DNA from: Alphaproteobacteria bacterium
GTDB lineage: Bacteria; Pseudomonadota; Alphaproteobacteria; GCA-2731375
NCBI GenBank assembly: GCA_965225945.1
Contig: CBDDBZ010000011.1
Location: forward strand, 1-33,462
DNA length: 33,462 nucleotides
Direction of reading: 5' to 3'
The notes below the pieces were generated by a model that saw only the letters and a list, made by a program, of their open reading frames with translations, was not told the origin of the DNA and did no database searches. Made by a program: the position numbers and the translations under genes. Each line of letters starts with the position of its first letter. The stretch's first letter is position 1. Of this stretch, positions 1 through 10,760 are shown in pieces.

Positions 1-319
1 TGACCCCAATCTCGGCTCGAAGCGATTTCCTCGCCTGCCGCGTCTCGCTCCCCGGCGGGGCCTTCGTGAGCATCTGGAGGCGGCGAATTGGGCGCTTCGT
101 CCCCTTCGCCCGACGCGCCCCTGGGAGGATCCGACCTGGCATCCCCATTCATGACGAAATACTCGAGTTCATTCGGCCAACGTTCTCCAGATGAACACTG
201 GTTCTGAGCGTTAGTGTAGCCATTTTGGCTCCCTTCGGCAATCCGGAACAATGTTTCTATATCGGTTGGAACTCCCATTTCGGAAATGCCAATCCTGCGA
301 GGTGTTCACCCTAGAATTC

Positions 320-446
320 ATACCAACCGACGTAAGTCCTGACAGCCCCGCTCCCCCGGCCCAACCACCCCGAGGGTACCATTCATGGGTGGTTGGGCCG
401 GGGGAGCGGGGCGGCGCGGGGAGTCGCCATTTATGGCGGTTGGTAT
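320..446. repeat. MITE/REP-like palindromic element
   Basis: Outer 10-bp IR ATACCAACCG (320-329)/CGGTTGGTAT (437-446). Inner perfect 26-bp IR 345-370/387-412 with a 16-nt loop. Confidence 0.7.
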
Positions 447-535
447 CAGACGTTGGGTCCCTGCACATCTATGGCATCACAAGGGAGACGAGCACTGACA
501 CCCGCAGTAAGCGCCGCCGCCGCGGAGCGGGCCGG

Positions 536-2329
536 TCAGGACTTGGGGCCGTCGGGCTTCGGCGGCGGCTCGGCCAGGCGGATGTGGAGTTCGCGGAGCT
601 GCGCCGGCGTCGCCTCGGCGGGCGCCCCCATCATCAGGTCCTGGGCCTGCTGGTTCATCGGGAACAGGATCACCTCGCGGATGTTCGGCTCGCCCGCCAG
701 CAGCATGACGATCCGGTCGATCCCCGGGGCCAGGCCGCCATGCGGCGGCGCGCCGTATTTGAGCGCGTTCAGCATGCCGGAAAAGCGCGCCTCGACCTCC
801 GCGGCCTCGTAGCCGGCGATGGCGAAGGCCTTGTACATGATCTCCGGCAGGTGGTTGCGGATGGCGCCCGAGGAAAGCTCGACCCCGTTGCAGACGATGT
901 CGTACTGAAGCCCGAGGATGGTCAGCGGATCCTCGGCCCCTAGCGCGGCGAGACCGCCTTGCGGCATCGAGAAGGGATTGTGCGAGAAGTCGATCCGCTG
1001 CTCGGCCTCGTTCCATTCATAGAGCGGGAAGTCGACGATCCAACAGAAGCGAAACTCGCCCTCCTCGATCAGTCCCAAATCCTCGCCCAGCTTGCTCCGC
1101 GCCTTGCCGGCCAGCAGCGCCGCCTCGGGTGCCTGGTCGCAGGCGAAGAAGATCCCATCGCCGTCGCCGACGCCGGCGAGCGCCTCCAAGTGCCGGAGCC
1201 GGGCCTCGTCCAGGCGGTTGGCGATCGGGCCCCGGCCGCCGCCGTCGGCGAGGCTGATCCAGCCCATGCCGGCCGCCCCCTCCGCGCGCGCCCACTCGTT
1301 CATCCGGTCGAAGAAGCCGCGCGGCCGGGCCGCGGCCCCCGGCGCCGGGATCGCCCGCACGCTGGCCCCGCCGGCGATCGCCTTGGCGAAGAGCTGGAAG
1401 TCCGAGCCCTCGAAGACCTCGCTCACGTCGGCGATTTCGATCGGATTGCGGAGATCCGGTTTGTCGCTGCCGTATTTCACCATCGCCTCGGCGTAGGCGA
1501 TGCGCGGGAAGGGCAGGGGCGTCACCGCCAGGTCGGAAAACTCGGTGAAGACGCCGTGCATCACCGGCTCGACGGCGGCGAATACGTCCTCCTGCTCGAC
1601 GAAGCTCATCTCCAGGTCGAGTTGATAAAATTCGCCCGGGCTGCGGTCGGCCCGCGCGTCCTCGTCGCGGAAGCACGGCGCGATCTGAAAATATCGATCG
1701 AAGCCCGCCATCATCACGAGCTGCTTGAATTGCTGCGGCGCCTGCGGCAGGGCGTAAAAGCGGCCGGGATGGAGCCGGCTCGGCACCAGGAAATCGCGCG
1801 CCCCTTCCGGCGAGGCGGCGGTCAGGATCGGGGTCTGAAATTCGGTGAAGCCCCGCGCCTCCATCCGCCGGCGGATCGAGGAGATGACCTTGGCCCGAAG
1901 CTCGATGTTCCGGTGCAGCTTCTCGCGGCGGAGATCGACGAAGCGATAGCGCAGCCGCGTCTCCTCCGGATAGACCGCTTCGCCGAAGACCTGGAGCGGC
2001 AGCTCGGCGGCGGCCGAGAGCACATCGAAGGCCTCGATCCGGACCTCGACCTCGCCGCTCGCCAGGCTCGGATTGACGGTGTCCTCGCCGCGGCGCACCA
2101 CCGGCCCCTCGATCCTGACGACGCTTTCCGGGCCGACCCTCTCCGCCGCCTCGAAATGCGCCTGGTCCGGCTCGATCACGCACTGGGTGATGCCGTAATG
2201 GTCGCGCAGGTCGAGGAACAACAGGCCGCCGTGATCGCGTTTTCGGTGCACCCAGCCGCTGAGCCGCGCCCGGCCTCCGACGTCCTCGACCCGCAACTCG
2301 CCACAGGTATGGCTTCGGTAGGCATGCAT
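536..2329 (-). CDS. aspS: Aspartate--tRNA ligase (probably non-discriminating Asp/Asn type)
   Basis: Starts [10 protein letters not shown]. Motifs [53 protein letters not shown]. Start moved from ORF-track 2485 to the ATG at 2329. Confidence 0.97.
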   Translation of the reverse strand: MHAYRSHTCGELRVEDVGGRARLSGWVHRKRDHGGLLFLDLRDHYGITQCVIEPDQAHFEAAERVGPESVVRIEGPVVRRGEDTVNPSLASGEVEVRIEAFDVLSAAAELPLQVFGEAVYPEETRLRYRFVDLRREKLHRNIELRAKVISSIRRRMEARGFTEFQTPILTAASPEGARDFLVPSRLHPGRFYALPQAPQQFKQLVMMAGFDRYFQIAPCFRDEDARADRSPGEFYQLDLEMSFVEQEDVFAAVEPVMHGVFTEFSDLAVTPLPFPRIAYAEAMVKYGSDKPDLRNPIEIADVSEVFEGSDFQLFAKAIAGGASVRAIPAPGAAARPRGFFDRMNEWARAEGAAGMGWISLADGGGRGPIANRLDEARLRHLEALAGVGDGDGIFFACDQAPEAALLAGKARSKLGEDLGLIEEGEFRFCWIVDFPLYEWNEAEQRIDFSHNPFSMPQGGLAALGAEDPLTILGLQYDIVCNGVELSSGAIRNHLPEIMYKAFAIAGYEAAEVEARFSGMLNALKYGAPPHGGLAPGIDRIVMLLAGEPNIREVILFPMNQQAQDLMMGAPAEATPAQLRELHIRLAEPPPKPDGPKS

Positions 2330-2390
2330 GGCGCCGTCGTCTCCTCGAATCGATTTGCCCGCTTCCTCGCCGGCGCGCGGACCCAGGATA

Positions 2391-2443
2391 CCGGCGGGGG
2401 GAGCCGGCGGCGGGAACCGGCGGGGGGATCCGGCGGGCGGGAT
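2391..2443. repeat. 4 x ~13-bp G-rich tandem repeat in the aspS/rnd divergent intergenic region
   Basis: CCGGCGGGGGGAG, CCGGCGGCGGGAA, CCGGCGGGGGGAT, CCGGCGGGCGGGAT in direct tandem. Confidence 0.75.
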
Positions 2444-2736
2444 CGCGGGCGCGCGCAAGAGGCCTGCAAGCGGGGATTTTGTCAAGACGAACCCGGCCCC
2501 TCGCCCAGGGCAATCGCGTATACGCGATTGGCCTGGATTCTTCTTGTTCCCTCAGTCGCCGGGCGCGCCCATCCGGTCGCTTGGCTTCGCTCGCATGGGC
2601 TCGCGGGGACTCAGTGGCCCATTGGCGGCGGTTGAGGCAGGTTCGAGGCCGTGTCCATCACTTCACGCGATTGCCCTGGGCCCCTCGCCGGGAGAGGCGA
2701 CAGGCCCGAGCCGAATGCGCTATAGCACCTTGCGAG

Positions 2737-3894
2737 ATGACGATTATCACGACGAACGATGAACTCGCCGCGTTCTGCGCTCGGCTCCGCCAGGCGCCCA
2801 GCGTCACCGTCGACACCGAGTTCATGCGCGAGCGGACCTATTGGTCGATTCTCTGCCTGCTGCAGTTCGCCAGCGCCGAGGAGGTCCGCGCCGTCGACCC
2901 CCTGGCCGAAGGGCTGGACCTGGCGCCGGTCTTCGAACTGATGGACGACCGAGGGGTCCTCAAGGTGTTCCACGCCGCGCGCCAGGACTTGGAGATCTTC
3001 CATCACCTGACCGGGCGGGTGCCGGCGCCGATCTTCGACACCCAACTCGCCGCGATGGTCACCGGCTTCGGCGACAACGTCGGCTACGAGACCCTGGTCA
3101 ACAAGTTGGCGAATGCGAGTATCGACAAATCCTCGCAATTCACCGACTGGTCACGGCGCCCCCTCAGCCAGCGGCAAATCGACTATGCGCTCGACGACGT
3201 GATCCACCTTCGCCCGATCCACCGGAAGCTGACCGCCAAGCTCGCCGAGAACGGACGCTCGCGCTGGCTCGACGAGGAAATGGCCGTCCTGGCGGACCCC
3301 GCGACCTACATAATCGAGCCGGACGAGGCCTGGCGGCGGCTCAAGATACGCAACCGCAAGCCGAGCTATCTCGCGGTGCTGAAATCGCTCGCCGCCTGGC
3401 GCGAGCGCGAGGCCCAGTCCCGCGACCTCACCCGCAACCGGGTGCTGCGCGACGAGGCGATCCAGGAAATCGCGGCCGAGCGGCCGAGCGACGAAGCGGG
3501 CCTCGGGCGGCTCCGCACCATCGGCCGGGAGGTCCGCAAGGGCGCCAAGGGAGCCCAGATCCTCGAAGCCGTCCGCGCCGGCCTCGACATGGGCGAAGCC
3601 GACCTTCCCGAGATCGACTCGCCGCGACGCCTACAGCGCAACATCGGACCCGTGGTGGACCTGCTGAAGGTGTTGCTGAAATTTCGCGCCGAGCAGCACG
3701 ACGTCGCCCAGCGGCTCGTCGCCACGGCGGGCGAACTGGAACGAATCGCCGGTAGCGACGACGAAGACCTCCCGTCCTTGAAGGGCTGGCGCCGCGAGAT
3801 CTTCGGCGCGGAGGCGTTGGCGCTCAAGCGCGGCGAGATCGCGCTCGCCATCGAGGGCCGCCGGCTGACGGTGCATCGCCTCAATCGGCGATGA
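2737..3894 (+). CDS. rnd: Ribonuclease D
   Basis: MTIITTNDEL start. DEDDy exonuclease motifs VDTEFMRERTY, FHAARQDLE, FDTQ, TDWSRRPLS, YALDDV. HRDC region WREREAQSRD. Confidence 0.95.
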   Translation: MTIITTNDELAAFCARLRQAPSVTVDTEFMRERTYWSILCLLQFASAEEVRAVDPLAEGLDLAPVFELMDDRGVLKVFHAARQDLEIFHHLTGRVPAPIFDTQLAAMVTGFGDNVGYETLVNKLANASIDKSSQFTDWSRRPLSQRQIDYALDDVIHLRPIHRKLTAKLAENGRSRWLDEEMAVLADPATYIIEPDEAWRRLKIRNRKPSYLAVLKSLAAWREREAQSRDLTRNRVLRDEAIQEIAAERPSDEAGLGRLRTIGREVRKGAKGAQILEAVRAGLDMGEADLPEIDSPRRLQRNIGPVVDLLKVLLKFRAEQHDVAQRLVATAGELERIAGSDDEDLPSLKGWRREIFGAEALALKRGEIALAIEGRRLTVHRLNRR

Positions 3895-5401
3895 TCAGTT
3901 CGGGCGCGAGGTCGAAGGCACGGGCCAGGGCCTCGAAACGACGCAGCACCAGATCGCCCACCAGGGCGCGTCGCGCGTGGGGCACGGTCAGTTCCAGACG
4001 ACCGTCGGCGCGGGCGAGCATGATGCCTTCCATCAGGGAGGCGAGACCGCCGGAGATCGTCAGGCCGAGACGCAGCGCCTGACCGACGCGGTGGGCCTCG
4101 CGGGCCTCGTCCTCGTCGACCAATCGGCGGATCGCCGCGACCTCCGGCCCGTCGGCGTGCCCGGTGTGCCGGGCGTGAACCATGAGGGCGAGCCGGGCCC
4201 GCTCGTTGTGGTCGATGCCGACGAAGGGACCGCGCGCGGTGTCGAGCATGGCCTGCTCGGCGCGGTAGTCGCGATGCGTCATCCAGGCCCCGTCCGCCAG
4301 CAGGGCGGCGGCTCGGCGAAGCCGGCGAGCCGCCGGCGGCTCGGCGCAAAACAGCCGGTCCGTCCAACTCGCCAAGGCCTGGCCGGCGCCGGGGAAGCGG
4401 CTCCTGGTGGCCGCCAGCCGGGCGCAGCCGGCGAGCAGCGGATCGTCGGCCCTCAGCCCCGGAGAGAGCCGATCGACGAGCACGCCCTCCCTGAGGCCGA
4501 AGGCGGAAAAGGCGACGCGCTCGACCCCGCTCGCCTCGATCAAGGAGGCGAGGACCCTGGCCGCGTAAGGCAGCGTCGCCCGCCGCTCGACCGAGACCGC
4601 CTCCAGCCGGATCGTGCTGTCGGGCGAGAGGCGCGAGGTCAACGCCGCCATCAGGCGCATCTCGCCGGCCTTCACGACGTAGCCGTGCAGCACCAATAGC
4701 GGATGATCGCGCATCAACATGTGGAGATGGCCGAGGGCGCGCCAGGCGCCGCCGACGATATAGAGGCTCTTGCCCGCGTGGCGCGCCAACCAATCCACCT
4801 CGCCGAGGCGCCGGTCGATCTCGGCCCGATGTCGCGGGTCGCCCGGCGGACCGTCCGTCCCGCCGGTGCGAAGGGTGCCGATCGGCAACGTGGCCGCCTC
4901 GTCGGCGGTCGCGTCGAGCGAGACCAGTTCCAAGCTTCCGCCGCCGAGATCGCCCATCAGCCCGTCCGCCCCCGGACAGGCGGCCTGGACGCCGAGGGTG
5001 GCGAGGCGCGCCTCTTCCTCGCCCCTCAACACCCGGATCCGCAACCCGCAGGCGCGCTCGATCGCGGCGACGAAACTCTCCCCATCCTGGGCCTCGCGCA
5101 CGGCGGCGGTGGCGATGGCATCGATGCTGGCGACGCCCATTTCACCCGCCAGCACACTGAACCGCGACAGCGCGCGCTTGGCGGCCTCGACGCCGCTCGG
5201 GTCCAACGTCCCCCGCTCGTCCAAGCCCCGCGCAAGACTGCATTGCGCGCGCTCGTTGAAGATCGGCACCGGCGCGCGGCCGAGCGCGTCGTAGACCACG
5301 AGGCGGACCGAGTTCGAGCCGACGTCGATCACCGCCACCGGCGGGCCGGCCTCGCCATCGCCCGCGCCGCCGTCGCCGGCGGCACTCCAGTGTCGGGACA
5401 T
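3881..5401 (-). CDS. ppx: Ppx/GppA exopolyphosphatase
   Basis: VIDVGSNSVRL, ATAAVREA, GEEEA, DLGGGSLEL, GLREG motifs. Lies downstream of ppk1. Confidence 0.93.
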   Translation of the reverse strand: MSRHWSAAGDGGAGDGEAGPPVAVIDVGSNSVRLVVYDALGRAPVPIFNERAQCSLARGLDERGTLDPSGVEAAKRALSRFSVLAGEMGVASIDAIATAAVREAQDGESFVAAIERACGLRIRVLRGEEEARLATLGVQAACPGADGLMGDLGGGSLELVSLDATADEAATLPIGTLRTGGTDGPPGDPRHRAEIDRRLGEVDWLARHAGKSLYIVGGAWRALGHLHMLMRDHPLLVLHGYVVKAGEMRLMAALTSRLSPDSTIRLEAVSVERRATLPYAARVLASLIEASGVERVAFSAFGLREGVLVDRLSPGLRADDPLLAGCARLAATRSRFPGAGQALASWTDRLFCAEPPAARRLRRAAALLADGAWMTHRDYRAEQAMLDTARGPFVGIDHNERARLALMVHARHTGHADGPEVAAIRRLVDEDEAREAHRVGQALRLGLTISGGLASLMEGIMLARADGRLELTVPHARRALVGDLVLRRFEALARAFDLAPELIIAD

Positions 5402-5414
5402 CGAGTGCCGCGCT

Positions 5415-7601
5415 CTACTCGACCGCGACGACGGGCGGTGCCCGCGAATCGTCGCCGAGCGCGCTGCCCCGCCCGGAAAGCGACGGATTGGTCATGAAGT
5501 AGTGGTGCGCGTGGAAGGCGGCGGGCGTGTCGGGCGCGCGGCGATAGCGACCGTCGGCGAGCATCCGCCAACTCTGCGCCTCGTCCTTCAAGCTCGCCAC
5601 CATGATCTGGTCCAGCACCTGGGCGTGCACCGTCGGGTTCTCGATCGGCACCAGAGTCTCGACGCGGCGATCGAAATTGCGCGGCATCCAGTCGGCCGAC
5701 GAGATGAAAACCTTGGCGTCGGGCGAGGGCAGGCCGTGACCGGCGCCGAAGCAGACGATGCGGCCGTGTTCCAGGAACCGGCCGACGATGCTCTTGACGC
5801 GGATGTTTTCCGAGCGGTCGGGCAGGCCGGGCCGGAGGCAGCAGATGCCGCGAACCACGAGTTCGACCGAGACGCCGGCGGCGGCCGCGCGGTAGAGCGC
5901 CTCGATGATCTCGGCATCGACCAGCGCGTTCAGCTTGATCCAGATCATCCCCGCTCGCCCGGCGCGGACATGGTTCGCTTCCTCGTCGATCAGTTCCAGC
6001 AGACACTCGCGCATGCGATGGGGCGAGGTGATCAGCTTCTCGAAAGTTTCCGGCTCGGCATAGCCGGTCAGATAGTTGAAGAGCTTCGAGGCGTCTCGCC
6101 CCAAGGCTGGGTCGGCGGTGAAGAAGGAGAGGTCGGTATAGCTCTTGGCGGTGATGGCGTGATAGTTGCCGGTGCCGAAATGCACGTAGGTGCGAAGCCC
6201 TCGCTCTTCCCGGCGGACCACCAGGGAAATCTTGGCGTGGGTCTTGAGGTCCATGAAGCCGTAAACGACGTGAACACCCGCCCGCTCCAGATCGTGGGCC
6301 CACTTGATGTTGGCTTCCTCGTCGAAGCGGGCCTTCAGTTCCACCAGCGCGGTGACCGCCTTGCCGGCCTCGGCGGCGGTGATTAGGGCCTTGACGATGG
6401 GGGAATCGTCGCTGGTGCGGTAGAGCGTCTGCTTGATCGCCACGACACGCGGATCCTGCGCCGCCTGGGCGATAAACTGAACCACCACGTCGAAACTCTC
6501 GTAGGGGTGATGGACGACGATATCCTTGGCCCGAACGGCGGCGAGACAATCGCCGCCGAAATCGCGAATTCGCTCGGGGAAACGAACATCGAGGGAGTCG
6601 AACATCAGGTTCGGCCGATCGATCCCCATCAGCTCCTGGGTGTCGGCAAGTCCGAGCAGCCCGTTCACCACGAAGAGATCGCGCACCTCCACGTCCAGCT
6701 TGTCGGCGACGAAGGCCCGCGTCCGCTCGCTCATCTCGGCGTTCACCAGCAGGCTGGTCACGCTGCCCCTCCGGCGACGCTTCAACGCCGTCTGGAAGAA
6801 GCGGACCAGATCCTCCGCTTCCTCCTCGACCTCGATGTCGCTATCGCGAATGACCCGGAAAAGCCCTCGCTCGGCCACTTCGTATCCGGGGAAGAGGCGG
6901 TCGAGAAACAGACCGACCAGATCTTCCAAGGTCAGGAAGCGCACCGCCTCGCCCGGCAGGCGAACGAAGCGCTGCAATCGAAGCGACAGCGGCACCAGCG
7001 CCTCCAACGGCCGCTCGTCCTCGATCCGGTGCAGATGCAGCACCATGGCGAAGCCGAGGTTCTGGATGAAGGGGAAGGGATGCGCCGGGTCGATCGCCAA
7101 CGGTGTCAGCACGGGGAAGACGTCGCGAAGAAAGTAATCCTCGAGCCACTCCAGATCGTCGCCGTCCAAGTCGTCGGCCGAGACGACGGCGATGCCGGCC
7201 GCCCTGAGCTCGCCCCGGAGCGCGCTCCAGCGCCGGGCCTGCTGCTCCAGCAGTTCCCCCGTCACCTCGGAGATCGCCTCGATCTGGGCCCTGGGGCCGA
7301 GACCATCGTCGCTTCGCCGGGTAACACCGGCGCGCACCTGTCCGTGCAGCGCGGCGACCCGGACCATGAAGAACTCGTCCAGATTGGTGGCCGAGATCGA
7401 GAGGAAACGGAGCCGCTCCAGCAGCGGATGGCGCTCGTTCAGGGATTCCTCCAAGACCCGAAGATTGAAGGCGAGCCAAGAAAGCTCGCGGTTGATCAGG
7501 TCGTCCCTCGGGCTGTGATCGACCAGCGGGCGCGAGAAGCCGAGACCCGGATCGACGTCCACCTCGGCCGCCTTCACGTCGACGATCTTCGCTTCACTCA
7601 T
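5415..7601 (-). CDS. ppk1: Polyphosphate kinase 1
   Basis: [70 protein letters not shown]. Start placed at MSEAKIV (7601). Confidence 0.97.
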   Translation of the reverse strand: MSEAKIVDVKAAEVDVDPGLGFSRPLVDHSPRDDLINRELSWLAFNLRVLEESLNERHPLLERLRFLSISATNLDEFFMVRVAALHGQVRAGVTRRSDDGLGPRAQIEAISEVTGELLEQQARRWSALRGELRAAGIAVVSADDLDGDDLEWLEDYFLRDVFPVLTPLAIDPAHPFPFIQNLGFAMVLHLHRIEDERPLEALVPLSLRLQRFVRLPGEAVRFLTLEDLVGLFLDRLFPGYEVAERGLFRVIRDSDIEVEEEAEDLVRFFQTALKRRRRGSVTSLLVNAEMSERTRAFVADKLDVEVRDLFVVNGLLGLADTQELMGIDRPNLMFDSLDVRFPERIRDFGGDCLAAVRAKDIVVHHPYESFDVVVQFIAQAAQDPRVVAIKQTLYRTSDDSPIVKALITAAEAGKAVTALVELKARFDEEANIKWAHDLERAGVHVVYGFMDLKTHAKISLVVRREERGLRTYVHFGTGNYHAITAKSYTDLSFFTADPALGRDASKLFNYLTGYAEPETFEKLITSPHRMRECLLELIDEEANHVRAGRAGMIWIKLNALVDAEIIEALYRAAAAGVSVELVVRGICCLRPGLPDRSENIRVKSIVGRFLEHGRIVCFGAGHGLPSPDAKVFISSADWMPRNFDRRVETLVPIENPTVHAQVLDQIMVASLKDEAQSWRMLADGRYRRAPDTPAAFHAHHYFMTNPSLSGRGSALGDDSRAPPVVAVE

Positions 7602-8130
7602 CGGCCAAGGCCTCCTGCTCCGGCACCCGTCGCCAGATCCGCGAAACGCCAAAGAGGGGGATGGCGACGTAGCCGCGCACGATCAAGCGATCCTCGCCGT
7701 CGCGCCGAATCGTCGCCTGGTAGATCTGGCCATCCTCCGGATTATAGATCGTGCCACCGGTCCATCGCCCGTCTTCGTCGTCGGCCACGAAATCGCGCAG
7801 CAATTCCAGGCCGACGATTCCGCGATCGCGTTTCTCGCGATCGACATTGAAGATATCCCTTTTTGGCCGGCCCTGGTCGTCGTTCGGCTCCTTGAGCCAG
7901 ACAATACGCCCGCATCGTGACAGATTTCCGCAAGCCTCGATCTCGACATGGGAGCGACCGTCCTTGGTCGCCCAACGGCCGACGACCTCGCGCGGCATGG
8001 CCTCGGCGGAGGCGACCGCGGCGAGCAATACCAGACCACCCCCGATCGAGGCGAGGTTCGAGACTGCCGTCACGACCACGTCTCCTGGCGGGAGGGCGGA
8101 CGGCCGAGAGTTTCCGCGTGATCTCGCCAT
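7594..8130 (-). CDS. DUF2147 family exported protein (start uncertain)
   Basis: Signal-like [12 protein letters not shown], then GRWAT..., CGRIVWL, W.GG.IYNPEDG..Y and L.VRGYV.IPLFG.S..W.R patterns. Confidence 0.85.
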   Translation of the reverse strand: MARSRGNSRPSALPPGDVVVTAVSNLASIGGGLVLLAAVASAEAMPREVVGRWATKDGRSHVEIEACGNLSRCGRIVWLKEPNDDQGRPKRDIFNVDREKRDRGIVGLELLRDFVADDEDGRWTGGTIYNPEDGQIYQATIRRDGEDRLIVRGYVAIPLFGVSRIWRRVPEQEALADE

Positions 8131-8133
8131 GTT

Positions 8134-8913
8134 CTAAAACGTCCCCGGGTAGGAGCCGCCGTCCAGGAGCACCTGCTGCCCGGTCATATAGCCGGCGTGA
8201 ACGCTGCAGAGAAAGGCGCAGACGGCGCCGAATTCCTCCACCGTGCCGAACCGGCCGGAAGGGTTTCCGGCCGCCGCCTCGGTCGCGATCTCCGCCAGGG
8301 GTCGCGCGCGCTCTTCCGCCAGAAAGCGATGTCCCGCCCGCAAGCGGTCGGTATCGAAGGGGCCGGGCAGCAGGTTGTTGATGGTGACGCCGTGGCGCAC
8401 CGTCTTACGGCTGAGCCCGGCGACGAAACCGGTGAGGCCCGCGCGCGCGCCGTTGGACAGACAGAGCTCGTCGATCGGCTGCTTCACCGAGACCGAGGTG
8501 ATGTTGACGATACGGCCGAAACCGCGCGCCATCATGGCGTCGACCGTCGCCTTGATCAGCTCGATCGGCGTGATCATGTTGGCTTCCACCGCGCGGCGCC
8601 AATCGTCGGGGGTGAAGTCACGAAAGTCGCCGCGCGGCGGCCCGCCGGCGTTGTTGACCAGGATGTCGGGATCGGGACAGGCGGCGAGGGTCATCTGCCG
8701 CCCCTCGGGCGTGGTGACGTCGCAGGCGACCGCCGTCACCTCGACGCCGGTGGCGTCGCGGATCTCCGCCGCCGTCGCCTCGAGTTCGCTTGTCCCTCGT
8801 GCGTTGATCACCAGATGCACGCCCTCGCCCGCCAGCGCCATCGCACAGCCCTTGCCGAGGCCCTTGCTCGCCGCGCAGACGATCGCCCTCTTGCCCGCGA
8901 TACCCAGATCCAT
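8134..8913 (-). CDS. SDR family oxidoreductase
   Basis: MDLGIAGKRAIVCAASKGLG, DILVNNAGGPP, GRIVNITS, NNLLPGPFDTDR. Confidence 0.92.
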   Translation of the reverse strand: MDLGIAGKRAIVCAASKGLGKGCAMALAGEGVHLVINARGTSELEATAAEIRDATGVEVTAVACDVTTPEGRQMTLAACPDPDILVNNAGGPPRGDFRDFTPDDWRRAVEANMITPIELIKATVDAMMARGFGRIVNITSVSVKQPIDELCLSNGARAGLTGFVAGLSRKTVRHGVTINNLLPGPFDTDRLRAGHRFLAEERARPLAEIATEAAAGNPSGRFGTVEEFGAVCAFLCSVHAGYMTGQQVLLDGGSYPGTF

Positions 8914-8915
8914 CG

Positions 8916-9641
8916 TCAGCCTCCCCCTCTCTCCCCGTCGTCGTCACCGGCCCCGACGGGGCCGGCCTCGCGATCGATAGTGTCGCCGAGCACGCTGCGA
9001 GCCAAGGGCACGGTGATCGCCCGGCCGTCGGCCAGGGCCCGAGAATCGAGCCGGGCGACGAGACGGCGCGCCTCGGCGAAGGAGCGTTCCATGCGGCTGG
9101 CGAGATAGCTAACGACCCGGGGCTCGACTCGAACCTGACGGTCGCTGAAGAGTTTGGCCATGACCGCCGCCAGAAGTTCGTCGTCCGGCGGCGCGATCCG
9201 GGCGAGGGGGCAGGAGGCGAGACGGGAGGCGAGATCCGGCAGCCGCAGCGGCCAACGGGCCGGCGGATGGCGCGCCGTCAGCAGGAGCGAGCGCCCGGCC
9301 TCGCGCACGGCGTTGACCAGGTGGAAGAGCCGCCGCTCGGCCACCGCCTCGCCTGCCGCCGGTTCCGCCGTCTCGACGAGAAAGTTCGTTTCCGGCGCCA
9401 GCAACTCGGCCGTCTCCGGCGCGAGGGGATCCAGGACACGCACCTCGGCCCGGCCGCGCCAAACCTCGGCCAGATGACTCTTTCCCGAGGCAGCGGGGCC
9501 GACCAGAACCAGCACGGCGCCCGGCCAATCCGGCCAGCGGTCGATCCAGGCGACGGCCTCCCGGTTGCAGGGCGCGACCAAGAAGTCCTCGCGCGCCCGG
9601 GCCGGCCGAATGGCCAGATCGAAGGCCAATTGTCCACTCAT
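8916..9641 (-). CDS. hdaA: HdaA / DnaA regulatory inactivator (AAA+)
   Basis: N-terminal clamp-binding QLAFDL, Walker A GPAASGKSHL, LPDLASRL, RMERS. Conserved position next to the AI-2E transporter and purM. Confidence 0.88.
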   Translation of the reverse strand: MSGQLAFDLAIRPARAREDFLVAPCNREAVAWIDRWPDWPGAVLVLVGPAASGKSHLAEVWRGRAEVRVLDPLAPETAELLAPETNFLVETAEPAAGEAVAERRLFHLVNAVREAGRSLLLTARHPPARWPLRLPDLASRLASCPLARIAPPDDELLAAVMAKLFSDRQVRVEPRVVSYLASRMERSFAEARRLVARLDSRALADGRAITVPLARSVLGDTIDREAGPVGAGDDDGERGGG

Positions 9642-10756
9642 TCCGGCGGCTCCGGCTCCGGCTCCCTCGCCGGTGCTGGTGCTGGTGGTTCATCACTCTC
9701 CGCGCCGAGATAGAGCCTGCTTTGCAGGTAACGCTCATGGCTAAAGCGGACCAAGACCCCGGCGGCGGCCGTCGCCGGCACCGCCAGCAGTACCCCGACG
9801 AAGCCGAAAAGGGCGCCGCCCGCCAGCAGCCCGAACATCACCCAGACCGGATGCAGGCCGACCCGGTCGCCCAGCAGCCGGGGCGTCAGGATGTTTCCCT
9901 CCAGGACCTGGCCGGCGAGGAAGATCGCGGCGGTGGCGGCGATCAGTCCGTATTCGGGCCAGAACTGCATGATCGCCTGGGTCATCGATAGTGCCAGGCC
10001 GACGAGCGCGCCGACGAAGGGAACGAAAGAGATCAGCCCGGCGATGATGCCGATGAGGAGGCCGAATTCGAGCCCGACCAGCGACAACGAGACCGCGTAG
10101 AAGGCCCCGAGGATCAGGCAAACGGTACCCTGGCCTCGAACGAAACCGCCCAGAACATCGTCGACCTCGCTCAACAGCCGGCGAATCGTCGGCGCGTGCT
10201 GGCGCGGCAGCCACCGGTCGAGGCGGGCGATCATCAGATCCCAGTCGCGCAGCAGATAGAAAGCGACGATCGGCGTGATGAAAAGCAGCGTGAGCAGGTT
10301 GATCACCGCCAAGCCGCCGGCCAAGAGTCGCTTAAAAAGGTCGACCCCGAAGCCGACGATATCGCCGGCGAAGCCGCCCATGGCGTCCCGGACCTCGGCC
10401 TCGCCGCTCTCGACGCCCAGACGCCCGAGCGTGTCCCGCACCAGCGGCAAGACCGATTCCCGCAGGACCTCGATATATTTCGGCAGCAGCTCGACCAGGC
10501 CGAAGACCTGGCGGTTGATGATCGGCACCAACAGCAACAGCGCGATCGTCACCAGCAGGAAGAAGACGAAGAGCACCACGATCGTCGCCCCAGCGCGGGG
10601 CAGCCAACGCTCCAGCTTGTCCGTCGCCGGATCGAGAAAATAGGCGACCGCCATGCCGGCGACGAACGGCAACATGATGCCGCGCAACACGAACAACAGG
10701 AAACCCAGCGTGACGAGGCTGATCGACCAGTAGATGATCTGCCGCGTCGCGCTCAT
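9638..10756 (-). CDS. AI-2E family transporter (PerM-like)
   Basis: Multi-TM protein with PFVAGMAVAYFLDP, FYLLRDW, GFVRGQ, EGNILTPRLLGDRVGLHPV. Confidence 0.93.
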   Translation of the reverse strand: MSATRQIIYWSISLVTLGFLLFVLRGIMLPFVAGMAVAYFLDPATDKLERWLPRAGATIVVLFVFFLLVTIALLLLVPIINRQVFGLVELLPKYIEVLRESVLPLVRDTLGRLGVESGEAEVRDAMGGFAGDIVGFGVDLFKRLLAGGLAVINLLTLLFITPIVAFYLLRDWDLMIARLDRWLPRQHAPTIRRLLSEVDDVLGGFVRGQGTVCLILGAFYAVSLSLVGLEFGLLIGIIAGLISFVPFVGALVGLALSMTQAIMQFWPEYGLIAATAAIFLAGQVLEGNILTPRLLGDRVGLHPVWVMFGLLAGGALFGFVGVLLAVPATAAAGVLVRFSHERYLQSRLYLGAESDEPPAPAPAREPEPEPPE

Positions 10757-10760
10757 CGCG

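Noticed and set aside
1-223. Possible minus-strand gene start at the window edge (MATLTLRT... after GGGAG, or MNGDARSD... open to position 1)
   Set aside because: The first ORF stops after 24 codons. The second is low-complexity with no recognisable motif. Neither can be supported from this window.
9638-9700. Pro/Glu repeat tail PAPAPAREPEPEPPE of the AI-2E transporter
   Set aside because: Ordinary low-complexity C-terminal tail.
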